Shown here piece by piece: positions 8,574 through 17,442 of a stretch of 64,000 nucleotides of DNA. The notes beneath the pieces were generated by a model that did no database searches, had not been told where the DNA came from, and saw nothing but the letters and a program-made list of their open reading frames with translations. The DNA is from Candidatus Harrisonbacteria bacterium. GTDB lineage: Bacteria; Patescibacteriota; Minisyncoccia; UBA6257; 1-14-0-10-40-38. The position numbers and the translations under genes were made by a program. Where the stretch lies: NCBI GenBank assembly GCA_023245035.1, contig JAHFLD010000001.1:196002-260001 (forward strand), written 5' to 3'. The first letter of the stretch is position 1, and each line of letters begins with the position of its first letter.

Positions 8574-10176
8574 TTTAGGAAATTTAGATCTGTTATCTGT
8601 AGGCGTCGCCATAGCGGCGAGTGCGATTCTTGGTTTCATTGTTTTTCTCTCAAATAAAAAAAGCGTAACGAATAGAACATTGTTTTTTTTCACGATAGAA
8701 TCAATTTTCTGGAATATTTTTAACTATCTAATATTCCAATTCAGTACTCCAGAAAAAGCTTTAATAATTCTTCGGTTTCACGTTTTCTTTGTAGTTTGGT
8801 ATTGCTTCTTACTTTTTCAGCTCTTTTACGTATTCCCAGAAGAGAAAAAAGCCTTCCCCAAGTGGTATAATTTCTTCCTTCTTCCGGTGGTGACGCTAGT
8901 TTCCATCCTAACCCTAACACCATTCACATTTGCCAAGGTTTTAGAATTTTCCAATGGACACATTCAAAAAGTTCTGAATGGATGGGGTATCTTCATATTT
9001 GGGGCAACGGTAGTTTCTTTGATTGTTGCTGGCCTATTAATTCTTTTAAGAAAGACAATGAGCGCAAATGCCACAGAAAAAAATCAATTCAGACTTATAT
9101 TAATTGGAACATCAATCACATTCTCGTTACACATAGCTTTTAATTTGATCTTTCCGGCATTTCTAGATAATCCAAATTTGATTATCTATGGAGCGATTTT
9201 CACTTTTCCATTCATCATCTTTACAGCTTATGCCATCCTAAAACTCCGCTTGTTGGGAGTAAAGGTGATTGCGACTGAAATATTAACCTTTTTCATTACA
9301 GTTGTTTCGCTGGCGCAGCTTATTTTAGCGACAACGTTAACAGAAAGAATTTTCCGTTTTGGAATCTTTTTACTAGTTCTTGGTTTTGGAATTTTACTTA
9401 TCCGCAGCGTCCGCAAGGAAGTCGAACAAAGGGAGAGATTAGAGATACTAACCAAAGATTTAGAAGCGGCCAATGCCAAGTTAAAAGAACTCGATGCCCA
9501 GCGCGCCGAGTGGTTGGGGTTCGCCTCGCATCAGGTTAAGTCGCCAATGGCTGTGGTCAAAGGCTACGCCCAGCTCATAATGGACGGCACCTACAATCCC
9601 GTCTCCGAAAAAGCCAAAGAAACCGCCGGCAAGATCAAAGAAAAAGTTGACGACTTGATAACCCTCGTCAGCAACTATATAAACGTAAGCAAAATTGATG
9701 AAGGCAAACTGGAAACGCCCAAGCTAAATCCGATAGACATCGTCAAACTTCTGCGCGATCTGGTGGAGGGCGAAAAAATCGTTGCCAAAAAACGCAACCT
9801 CGTCCTAACTTTCGAAAGCCTTGGCCCTTCGCTCATCATCAAAGCCGACGAAGAAAAAATTCGGCAAGTGGCGCAAAATCTCATCGACAACGCCCTCAAA
9901 TATACCGAAAAAGGTTTTGTTAACGTTAAACTGGAAGACAAAGGCCCATCGGTGCTGATTTCCATAACCGACTCCGGCCGTGGCATGTCGCCAACTCTTA
10001 TTGGCCGCCTGTTCAACCGCTACATTCGCGACGAAAAAACGAGCAAAGAAGTGCAAGGCACCGGTCTTGGTCTTTTTATCGCTAAACAAATTGTGCTCGC
10101 CCACAATGGAGAAATTTGGGCTGAGTCCGACGGCGAAGGCAAGGGTAGTAGGTTTTATTTCCGCCTACCAAAATAG
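8566..10176 (+). CDS. membrane sensor histidine kinase (multi-TM N-terminal domain)
   Basis: About 7 predicted TM helices. H-box 'ASHQVKSPMAVVKGY'. HATPase_c G-boxes 'DSGRGM' and 'GTGLGLFIAKQIV'. Overlaps the upstream gene by 8 nt. No DNA-binding response regulator adjacent. Confidence 0.8.
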   Translation: MSSLGNLDLLSVGVAIAASAILGFIVFLSNKKSVTNRTLFFFTIESIFWNIFNYLIFQFSTPEKALIILRFHVFFVVWYCFLLFQLFYVFPEEKKAFPKWYNFFLLPVVTLVSILTLTPFTFAKVLEFSNGHIQKVLNGWGIFIFGATVVSLIVAGLLILLRKTMSANATEKNQFRLILIGTSITFSLHIAFNLIFPAFLDNPNLIIYGAIFTFPFIIFTAYAILKLRLLGVKVIATEILTFFITVVSLAQLILATTLTERIFRFGIFLLVLGFGILLIRSVRKEVEQRERLEILTKDLEAANAKLKELDAQRAEWLGFASHQVKSPMAVVKGYAQLIMDGTYNPVSEKAKETAGKIKEKVDDLITLVSNYINVSKIDEGKLETPKLNPIDIVKLLRDLVEGEKIVAKKRNLVLTFESLGPSLIIKADEEKIRQVAQNLIDNALKYTEKGFVNVKLEDKGPSVLISITDSGRGMSPTLIGRLFNRYIRDEKTSKEVQGTGLGLFIAKQIVLAHNGEIWAESDGEGKGSRFYFRLPK

Positions 10177-10181
10177 TAAAT

Positions 10182-11375
10182 ATGGATTTAGAAAACATAG
10201 ACCAAAGTCGAAAGAAAACAACCATAGCTATTCTAATTTCTATTATTTTAATAGAATCTTTTTTAATTTATCTATATTTAAATGCTATTTCTCCCAAGTT
10301 AAAACCAATTTTACGACAAGAATCATCAGACATAATTTCACCTCAAGCAGAGATATTAAAAAATCATTCTAATCAAAAACTCGAACCATTTGTAAATTTC
10401 TTTCAAAGTGAATTATTTAAATTCTCTTTTCGATATCCAGCATCTGGTAGGATATTTAGTTTGGAAGAATTTGCTGGCGCTGAGGGATCTTCAGCGCTTG
10501 GAGTGAGTATAGGTGACAACGCGTTAACGGTCTTTATTGCGCGGATAGATAGCGATCTAGAGCAATACGCAAATGCAATTGCCTCTGCAAATAAAAAAAT
10601 AGACATGTTAGTGAAAACAAAAGTTGGAGAAGCTAACGCCTATACTTTTACAATAACAGGATCTGTTTTTACAACCTGCATCAATGGAGGGCCCAATGGC
10701 CATGAAGTCTGTGGTAGTTATGGTGGTCTTAATTCAGATCCAGGAGAGAAGAAAATAGCTGTTATAGACGGTGGTATTATAAAATTAATTTTTATATATC
10801 CAAAAAATATATCACCATTCGAGGAAGTGTTTAAAACAGTAAGCGTCGCCAACTTTGAAGTTTTTTCGTTCGAAAATATAGTTTGGAAAAATTTTGATGA
10901 GAATGAATTCGGAATTAGATTTGAGTATCCAGATGTTTACAACCTCACCCTAATATCTAATCCAAAATATCCAAATAATGTTTCAAAAGAATTTTCTTTA
11001 ATCGATAGTAAATCTAAAAACTTCCTTCCGCTACCATGGGTAGTAATTGATATTTTACCGATAGCGGGATATTCCGTTGGTGGAAGTGTATTTGGTGTTT
11101 CTTGGACGTACAATAGCAATACTCAAACTTGGGATAAACATGAAACTACTTCAAGAGCTGGAGAATATCTTTTCCCAAAGGAAATAATTTCCGCTCAAGG
11201 ATATAAAGGGTATTATTTTAACATCTCATATGAGGGTGGGGCGCATAATATAATCATATTGCCGTTCAAGGATAAGCTCATACAATTAGACTTCAAGATC
11301 CCGCCAGCTTTATTTGATCAAAGCCTCGTAGAGAAATTAGAAAGTAGTGTTTTTGATCATGTACTTCTAAAATAA
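10182..11375 (+). CDS. hypothetical membrane-anchored extracytoplasmic protein
   Basis: N-terminal TM segment 'IAILISIILIESFLIYLYL'. AT-rich. No motif recognised. Confidence 0.45.
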   Translation: MDLENIDQSRKKTTIAILISIILIESFLIYLYLNAISPKLKPILRQESSDIISPQAEILKNHSNQKLEPFVNFFQSELFKFSFRYPASGRIFSLEEFAGAEGSSALGVSIGDNALTVFIARIDSDLEQYANAIASANKKIDMLVKTKVGEANAYTFTITGSVFTTCINGGPNGHEVCGSYGGLNSDPGEKKIAVIDGGIIKLIFIYPKNISPFEEVFKTVSVANFEVFSFENIVWKNFDENEFGIRFEYPDVYNLTLISNPKYPNNVSKEFSLIDSKSKNFLPLPWVVIDILPIAGYSVGGSVFGVSWTYNSNTQTWDKHETTSRAGEYLFPKEIISAQGYKGYYFNISYEGGAHNIIILPFKDKLIQLDFKIPPALFDQSLVEKLESSVFDHVLLK

Positions 11376-11423
11376 CATTAGTGTAGTCAAATCCTAGCTC
11401 AAGATTTGCTATACTAAACCCAT

Positions 11424-11987
11424 ATGAAAAAAACACTTATTTTAGTGGCGGTGGTTGTGGTGGCTTTTCTCGGTTATGCGGTAATTCAAAAATCAAGAAA
11501 TACCGCCCAATCAACCGAGATTATTAGCGATAAAACTGAATGGAAAACTCACATCCACAGCGCTGGAGATTATTCATTTGAGTATCCAACAGGATGGTTC
11601 ATTAACGACTCGCCTAAAAATGGGGATGCATACGTTCGAGTTAGTAATTACGACCCCGAGATTTTTGTGAATGACATACACGCGAAAGGAAGTTATTTTA
11701 AAATAGAAATATACACTTTGGAAAATAAAAAACAGCTTAGTATTAACGACTGGATTGCGGAAGCTAGATCACGAACAGGCGATAGCTCAAAAATAACAAA
11801 ACAGGAAGAAATTATAATAAACGGAAAAACAGCAACTGCGATTACCCAAGAAAGCCCAGAAGGTGTGTATAAATCGCTGTATCTAAGCAATGAAGACAAA
11901 ATAGTAACGATTTTATTGTTTGGTGCGATTGAAGAATTTCACAAAACAAGCGATGCGATCATACATAGCTTTGCATTTAGTAATTAA
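11424..11987 (+). CDS. hypothetical secreted/membrane-anchored protein
   Basis: Signal/anchor 'MKKTLILVAVVVVAFLGYAV'. Confidence 0.45.
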   Translation: MKKTLILVAVVVVAFLGYAVIQKSRNTAQSTEIISDKTEWKTHIHSAGDYSFEYPTGWFINDSPKNGDAYVRVSNYDPEIFVNDIHAKGSYFKIEIYTLENKKQLSINDWIAEARSRTGDSSKITKQEEIIINGKTATAITQESPEGVYKSLYLSNEDKIVTILLFGAIEEFHKTSDAIIHSFAFSN

Positions 11988-14900
11988 GCAAAACAGAAAA
12001 GCGAGATTTTTTTTAGCGAATCTCTTTGTTTTGCTTGCATGGTTGCTGGTTTTACCCGCAAGTGTTTTTGCCAGTCAATTGACTTCTCCACTGACCAATT
12101 ATCAGGTTGTAAGCTGGTTTGATCATGATTATCCAGGAAGCTTACAAAACAATAATTTCACACGATATGATGGCCAACTATGGACTGATGGATCGGCGAA
12201 TCTATCAAACGCCACAGCGACTAGTTGTACTAACGGAATTAATTGTTATGACAGACATAATGGGATAGATCTGTTTGCCGTTACTGGAACTCCCGTATTC
12301 GCAGCCGAGAATGGTGTAGTTCAGCTCAACACCACCATGGGTTGTAATGGTAAATATGTTACAGTTCTAGACTCAGAAGGAAATACCGCTTTTTACACGC
12401 ATCTTGATTATGCAACCATAGGATCTGCCGGGACACCAGTTTTAAGATTTCAGCAAATAGGAGTAAGCGGAAGCACTGGTTGCACTACTGGTCCTCATCT
12501 TCATTTTGGGATCCATAACTCCGGTGACCTTGTCATTGACCCCTACGGCTGGTCTCCATCGCCAAACGCGCCAGTTCAGATAGACCCCTGGGTTCACAAC
12601 CAAGGCTATCTTTGGACTACTAATCCGCCATCGCTGAACGTGAACCCCGCCACCTACGTCTCCGGAGTTATCTCGCAAAACACCATATGGACTGCCCAAG
12701 GCAGTCCATATGTCATTCAAAATAACCTCACTGTTTCCGCCAGCACCACACTCACCATTAATCCCGGAGTAGTGGTGAAGTTTGACTCCTCCGCCAGCCT
12801 CTATATATACGGAACTCTCCTCGCCCAAGGCGGAACTTCCAGCACCACCCGAGTCTACTTCACCTCCATCAAAGATGACTCAATCGGCGGCGACACCAAC
12901 AACGACGGCGCCACCACTACTCCAGCCGTCGGAGATTACATGGGTATCTATTTCTATCCGAGTTCAATAGGAAATCTAACCCGCAACACCCTCCGCTATG
13001 GTGGAAACGATTTCTACCCATATCACTTTGGTGTGATCAAAAACCTTGGCGGCTCGGTAACACTTGCAAATAGTGAAATTAATTCTAACTATGGCAATGG
13101 CCTCAAACAAATTTCTGGAAACATATCACTAACCAGCAACTCAATTCACAACAACGGCGGCAGTGGATTTGAGCAAACTGGCGGCATGTCTACCACGACC
13201 AATTCAACATTTTCCGGAAACCAGACTTACGGGATCTTTCTCCAAAACGGAACCTCTACCATTACAAGTAATATTTTCAGCGATCACGGCAATGCGGATA
13301 TAAATATCAACGCACAATCGTATTTTAATCAATCCGGAAACGTTAGCTCCGGAATTGGTAAACATGGCATAGAAATATATGGAAGTTTAACGCACGACCA
13401 AGTTTGGAATCCTGGCATTCCGTTTATTCCGCAAAATATGGCCGTTAATTCAGGAAAAAGCTTAACAATTCTCCCTGGATCGGTCATAAAATTCGATGGA
13501 ATCAACGGTAATGGCGCCAACAATGGGGGGTTTATTACAGTTTATGGGCACCTCATCGCTCGTGAAAATCAACTCCAACCAAACTCACCGCAAATCTACT
13601 TCACCTCCTATGTTGACGATACCATCGGCGGCGACACTAATGGCAACGGTACGACAACGGTGCCATATTCAGGAATCTATCAAGGAATTTACTTCTATCC
13701 CGGTTCCACTGGTCTTTTTCAAAAAACTGCTTTGCGTTACGGAGGAGCCAGTTACTATCCATACTATGCTGGTGTGATTAAAAATTTCGGTGGCGAGATA
13801 AATATACAAAATAGCAACCTCTCATTAAACTCTCCAAGCGGTATCTATCAAGCATCCGGCACCACAACTATCAGCGGAACTTTAATAACAGACAACGTGA
13901 ACGACGGATTTTCTCAAAATGCGGGCGTTTCCACGGTCACTAACTCAATTTTCAGCAACAATCAATTTTTTGGTCTGAATCTTACTGGTGGCACTAGTAC
14001 TATAAATCAAACCATGTTTTCCAATCACTTGGGCGGGGACATTCAAATGTGGAATAATGGGGTCTTAATTCAATCCAATTTGCAAACCTCCGGAACCGGC
14101 AAACATGGTATTCGGGTTGCTGGCGGAATGACTAACAACCAAACCTGGACACCTGGACTACCTTATGTAATGAGTAGTTTTAATATTTTTGCCAATGCTA
14201 ATTTATCAGTCGCGCCAGCGACTGTTATAAAATTTGAGCCAGGTGGATCACTCTATGTTTTTGGCACTCTACAAATTTCAACTACTAGTCCCAATGCGGC
14301 CCGGGTCTATTTAACTTCGGTTCGCGACGATACTCTCGGCGGTGATTCCGATGGAGATGGCCGAGTCATTCTGCCAGCTCCCGGTGATTACACGGGAATT
14401 TATGCCCAACCGGGATCTTTAGTGAATCTTTTTAAAGTTGAAATGCGTTATGGGGGAAGTGATTATTACCCATATCGCTTTGGTGCAATTAAAAACTTCG
14501 GTGGACTGGTAGCTGCGCGATATACTAATTTTCTCAATAACTATTATCAGGCTTTGTACCAAATGAGCGGCACCTCAACCATCGTCTCGTCTTTAATCGC
14601 AAGCAGTACCCAAAACGGTATTAACCAATTAGGCGGCGGTCTTACCGTGGCCAACACCATTTTTTCCGGAAATTCCGGTTATGGCTTAAATCTTTCAGAC
14701 GGATTTGCGACCGTAACCAGTTCCTCATTTAATAACAATCAAAACGGCGATGCCTTCATTAATGGATTAGCTAACTTTACCCACGCTAATAATACTTTTC
14801 TTGGCGGCAAACACGGTTGGTATATGGGTGGCTATACAGATCATGACTGGACGTGGTCGCCGGAACAAGCCTATATTATTAATCCGGGTTTTCTTGTAGC

Positions 14901-15483
14901 TAGTGGCACTAGCTTAACAGTGCAACCAAATACCATCATCAAAGGCATTGCCTATGGAGAAATCGCAGTCGCGGGCACGGTCAACATGAATGGCATCGCT
15001 TCTACGAGTCGCATCTTCATCACCTCGCTAAAAGACGATTCCATCGGTGGCGATACAAACGCGGATAGCAACGCAACCACTCCGCAAAGCGCCGACTATA
15101 ATGGACTAACAATTCTGCCTGGCGGGAGCGCGAACCTAAATCAGGTTTTAGTAAAATATGGCGGTGGAGGTTATTACCCCAATTATTGGGGTGCGATTAA
15201 AAATCTTGGCGGCAACCTCTTTTTGGCCAACGACATTCTCCAGCAAAACCAAGTTGGCATATATACAACAGACGGCACAACTTCGATAAGTCAAAGCTCC
15301 ATTTACAGCAACACTGTCTATGGCATTTTGAATCAAAACTCAAATGCAACGGTAACCGCACAAAGCAACTGGTGGGGCGATGCCTCTGGCCCGCATAACT
15401 GGCTTACCAATACCGGTGGCTCCGGCAACGAAGTTCTCGGCAACGTCCTTTTTACCCCCTGGCTTGTAAGCGACCCGAATTAG
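11953..15483 (+). CDS. large secreted M23 (LytM-type) metallopeptidase fused to right-handed beta-helix (PbH1-like) repeats
   Basis: Signal peptide 'FFLANLFVLLAWLLVLPASVFAS'. M23 motifs 'HNGIDL' and 'GPHLHFGIH' (HxxxD...HxH). It is followed by about 900 aa of repeats such as 'GNGL', 'SGNQTYGIFL' and 'YGGSDYYPY' recurring four times, as in parallel beta-helix/adhesin modules. The start was moved from 11920 to an internal ATG to avoid overlapping the prior gene. Confidence 0.65.
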   Translation: MRSYIALHLVIKQNRKARFFLANLFVLLAWLLVLPASVFASQLTSPLTNYQVVSWFDHDYPGSLQNNNFTRYDGQLWTDGSANLSNATATSCTNGINCYDRHNGIDLFAVTGTPVFAAENGVVQLNTTMGCNGKYVTVLDSEGNTAFYTHLDYATIGSAGTPVLRFQQIGVSGSTGCTTGPHLHFGIHNSGDLVIDPYGWSPSPNAPVQIDPWVHNQGYLWTTNPPSLNVNPATYVSGVISQNTIWTAQGSPYVIQNNLTVSASTTLTINPGVVVKFDSSASLYIYGTLLAQGGTSSTTRVYFTSIKDDSIGGDTNNDGATTTPAVGDYMGIYFYPSSIGNLTRNTLRYGGNDFYPYHFGVIKNLGGSVTLANSEINSNYGNGLKQISGNISLTSNSIHNNGGSGFEQTGGMSTTTNSTFSGNQTYGIFLQNGTSTITSNIFSDHGNADININAQSYFNQSGNVSSGIGKHGIEIYGSLTHDQVWNPGIPFIPQNMAVNSGKSLTILPGSVIKFDGINGNGANNGGFITVYGHLIARENQLQPNSPQIYFTSYVDDTIGGDTNGNGTTTVPYSGIYQGIYFYPGSTGLFQKTALRYGGASYYPYYAGVIKNFGGEINIQNSNLSLNSPSGIYQASGTTTISGTLITDNVNDGFSQNAGVSTVTNSIFSNNQFFGLNLTGGTSTINQTMFSNHLGGDIQMWNNGVLIQSNLQTSGTGKHGIRVAGGMTNNQTWTPGLPYVMSSFNIFANANLSVAPATVIKFEPGGSLYVFGTLQISTTSPNAARVYLTSVRDDTLGGDSDGDGRVILPAPGDYTGIYAQPGSLVNLFKVEMRYGGSDYYPYRFGAIKNFGGLVAARYTNFLNNYYQALYQMSGTSTIVSSLIASSTQNGINQLGGGLTVANTIFSGNSGYGLNLSDGFATVTSSSFNNNQNGDAFINGLANFTHANNTFLGGKHGWYMGGYTDHDWTWSPEQAYIINPGFLVASGTSLTVQPNTIIKGIAYGEIAVAGTVNMNGIASTSRIFITSLKDDSIGGDTNADSNATTPQSADYNGLTILPGGSANLNQVLVKYGGGGYYPNYWGAIKNLGGNLFLANDILQQNQVGIYTTDGTTSISQSSIYSNTVYGILNQNSNATVTAQSNWWGDASGPHNWLTNTGGSGNEVLGNVLFTPWLVSDPN

Positions 15484-15592
15484 GCGAAAAATTGACAAAC
15501 TCCGGCAAAAAAACTAATCTACAAGCGTCCGTGTGATTGACTTTTCGTCACTTCTGATTGATCCTTGAAATAAACCAGGAGCAATAAATAGT

Positions 15593-16933
15593 ATGACCAT
15601 CAAACCAGAACTTGGAGCGGGTTTCAAAGATTATCTGCCCCAGGACGCCATTCCGCGCCAGCAAATGTTCGCCACTATCCAAAGAGTTTTTGAACTCTTT
15701 GGATACCAACCGCTTACGACGCCGGGCATTGAACGTGAAGAGATCTTGACCGGAGGCGACCCGAATTTTGACAAGCAGATCTTCCGCATCGCCGGTCAGT
15801 CCGGCGACAAGGATCTGGCTCTTCGTTTTGATTTGACCATACCTCTCGCTCGCGTCATCGCGGCCTACCCGCAAGAAATCAAGATGCCCTTCAAACGGTA
15901 TCAAGTTGGTTCGGTTTGGCGGGCCGAAAAACCGCAAGCCGGACGCTTCCGCGAATTTACTCAGTTTGACGCCGATGTCGTTGGCGCACCCGGAATGATG
16001 GCGGACGCCGAAATCGTGGCCATTATGTATGCCGTCATGACCGAACTCGGTTTCGGTGATCGCTTCAAGATTCGCGTCAACAACCGCAAAATCTTGAACG
16101 GTCTCGCCGCCTACGTTGGCTTCGCTTCGGAATTGAGCCCGATGGTCCTGCGCGTCATTGATAAAATGGACAAGATTGGTTGGGAGGGCGTAGCTCGAGA
16201 GCTCTCTACAGCAACCGAAGAGTTCGCGGGATTTTCCCCGTCACAGATGACTGCCATTAAGAGCTTTTTGGAAATTAGAGCGGACGGCAACTCCGGCATT
16301 CTGGAAGCGGTCGCCACGCTGATGGCAAACTCCAAAGAAGCCATGCAGGGCGTGGCCGAACTTCGGGAAATTCTGGACAGCCTCAAGGCTTTGAAAGTTC
16401 CCGACTCCGCCTGGGTGATTGACTTGTCGGTCGCTCGCGGTCTTGGCTACTACACCGGTCCCGTGTTCGAAACCATCCTGACCGACATTCCCGAACTTGG
16501 CAGTGTTTTCTCCGGCGGTCGCTACGATGACTTGGTAATGCGCTTCAGCTCCAACAAGGTTCCGGCCACCGGAGCCTCGGTCGGTGTTGATCGTATCTTC
16601 GCGGCCATGGAAAAACTGGGGTTGGTAAGGCAGCAAAAGAGTGTCGCCAAAGTGGTGGTTTTGAATTTCGACCCGACCTGCTCGGCAACGGTGCAGGGGA
16701 TTGTGTCGAACTTGCGCGCCGCAGGTTTGCCAAGCAATCTCTATCTTGGGCAAGAAAAGACGCTCAAAGGCCAACTCGCCTACGCCGTGAGTCAGGATGT
16801 TCCGGTCGTGGTGATTGTTGGCGCTACCGAAAATAGCTCCGGCGTGGCGCAGGTAAAAGATCTGAAGACCAGACAGCAAGTCGAAGTTCCGCAAAGCGAA
16901 ATTGTCGCCGCGGTTCAAAAGATATTGACCTAA
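15593..16933 (+). CDS. hisS: histidyl-tRNA synthetase
   Basis: Class II HisRS motifs: 'FKDYLP', motif 2 'RYQVGSVWRAEKPQAGRFREFTQFDADVVG', motif 3 'GGRYDDLV' and a C-terminal anticodon-binding domain. SD-like AGGAG 13 nt upstream. Confidence 0.9.
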   Translation: MTIKPELGAGFKDYLPQDAIPRQQMFATIQRVFELFGYQPLTTPGIEREEILTGGDPNFDKQIFRIAGQSGDKDLALRFDLTIPLARVIAAYPQEIKMPFKRYQVGSVWRAEKPQAGRFREFTQFDADVVGAPGMMADAEIVAIMYAVMTELGFGDRFKIRVNNRKILNGLAAYVGFASELSPMVLRVIDKMDKIGWEGVARELSTATEEFAGFSPSQMTAIKSFLEIRADGNSGILEAVATLMANSKEAMQGVAELREILDSLKALKVPDSAWVIDLSVARGLGYYTGPVFETILTDIPELGSVFSGGRYDDLVMRFSSNKVPATGASVGVDRIFAAMEKLGLVRQQKSVAKVVVLNFDPTCSATVQGIVSNLRAAGLPSNLYLGQEKTLKGQLAYAVSQDVPVVVIVGATENSSGVAQVKDLKTRQQVEVPQSEIVAAVQKILT

Positions 16934-16963
16934 GGGATCGCTTCCGTTAGAATGGCTTCCGCC

Positions 16964-17036
16964 GGGTGTATAGCTCAATTGGTAGAGCGTCGGGTTGTGG
17001 TCCCGAAGGTTACGGGTTCAAAGCCCGTTACACCCC
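16964..17036 (+). tRNA. tRNA-His (anticodon GTG)
   Basis: Cloverleaf folded by hand. Acceptor GGGTGTA/TACACCC. D-arm GCTC-AATTGGT-AGAGC. Anticodon stem TCGGG/CCCGA with loop TTGTGGT. T-arm ACGGG-TTCAAAG-CCCGT. Discriminator C. No encoded CCA or G-1. Confidence 0.8.
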
Positions 17037-17037
17037 T

Positions 17038-17072
17038 CCCCCTCAACTGAAAAGTTGTGGGGGCTTTTTTTA
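17038..17072 (+). terminator. intrinsic terminator after tRNA-His
   Basis: Hairpin CCCCCTCAAC-TGAAAA-GTTGTGGGGG (one mismatch) followed by CTTTTTTTATT. Confidence 0.6.
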
Positions 17073-17096
17073 TTGATTACGAACCCGCCTTCGCTA

Positions 17097-17433
17097 AACT
17101 TGCCTGCCGGCAGGCAGGGCTACGGACGGGCAAGTTTACGACTAAAACAATGTACTCATTGTTCGTCCGGCCAAATGAGTACATTTGGCTTAGGAATTTT
17201 TTACGAATATACGAATTAAGAATCGCCTCACTCCTTGACTCCTTCGCGAAGACCTTTCTCCAGCAGGAATAAATGCAACTCAATGGCCTTGGCATATCGC
17301 AGTTGCATTTTATGCAAACTCCCTATACTATAGTGGCAAGTTTTATATGGAGAGCGCACCATTAATTCAAAGCCATTCGGTCGCGCCAGACCGGTCGCAT
17401 CGCCCGGGGCAGTAATTACTGCCCTCTTTTTTT
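17097..17433 (+). promoter_or_regulatory. structured 5' leader upstream of hutH (candidate attenuator/riboswitch-like element)
   Basis: At least three strong inverted repeats: AAACTTGCC...GGCAAGTTT enclosing palindrome CCTGCCGGCAGG, AATGTACTCATT/AATGAGTACATT, and AATGCAACT/AGTTGCATT. A terminal terminator ends 10 nt before the hutH ATG. Confidence 0.4.
17406..17433 (+). terminator. intrinsic terminator immediately upstream of hutH start codon
   Basis: Perfect palindromic stem GGGGCAGT-AATT-ACTGCCC followed by TCTTTTTTT. The hutH ATG is at 17443. Confidence 0.6.
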
Positions 17434-17442
17434 AGATAAAAT

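Noticed and set aside
16241-16978. 245-aa ORF antisense to hisS. Similar long antisense ORFs occur opposite ftsA (41926..42561), hutH (17689..18173) and ftsZ (43231..43620).
   Set aside because: They lie wholly inside well-supported genes with strong GC3 bias. Antisense frames of GC3-rich genes stay open by chance. They have no motifs or RBS.
17057-17295. Small ORFs (71 to 74 aa, both strands) inside the hutH leader
   Set aside because: They overlap strong RNA hairpins and have no RBS. The region is better explained as a structured non-coding leader.
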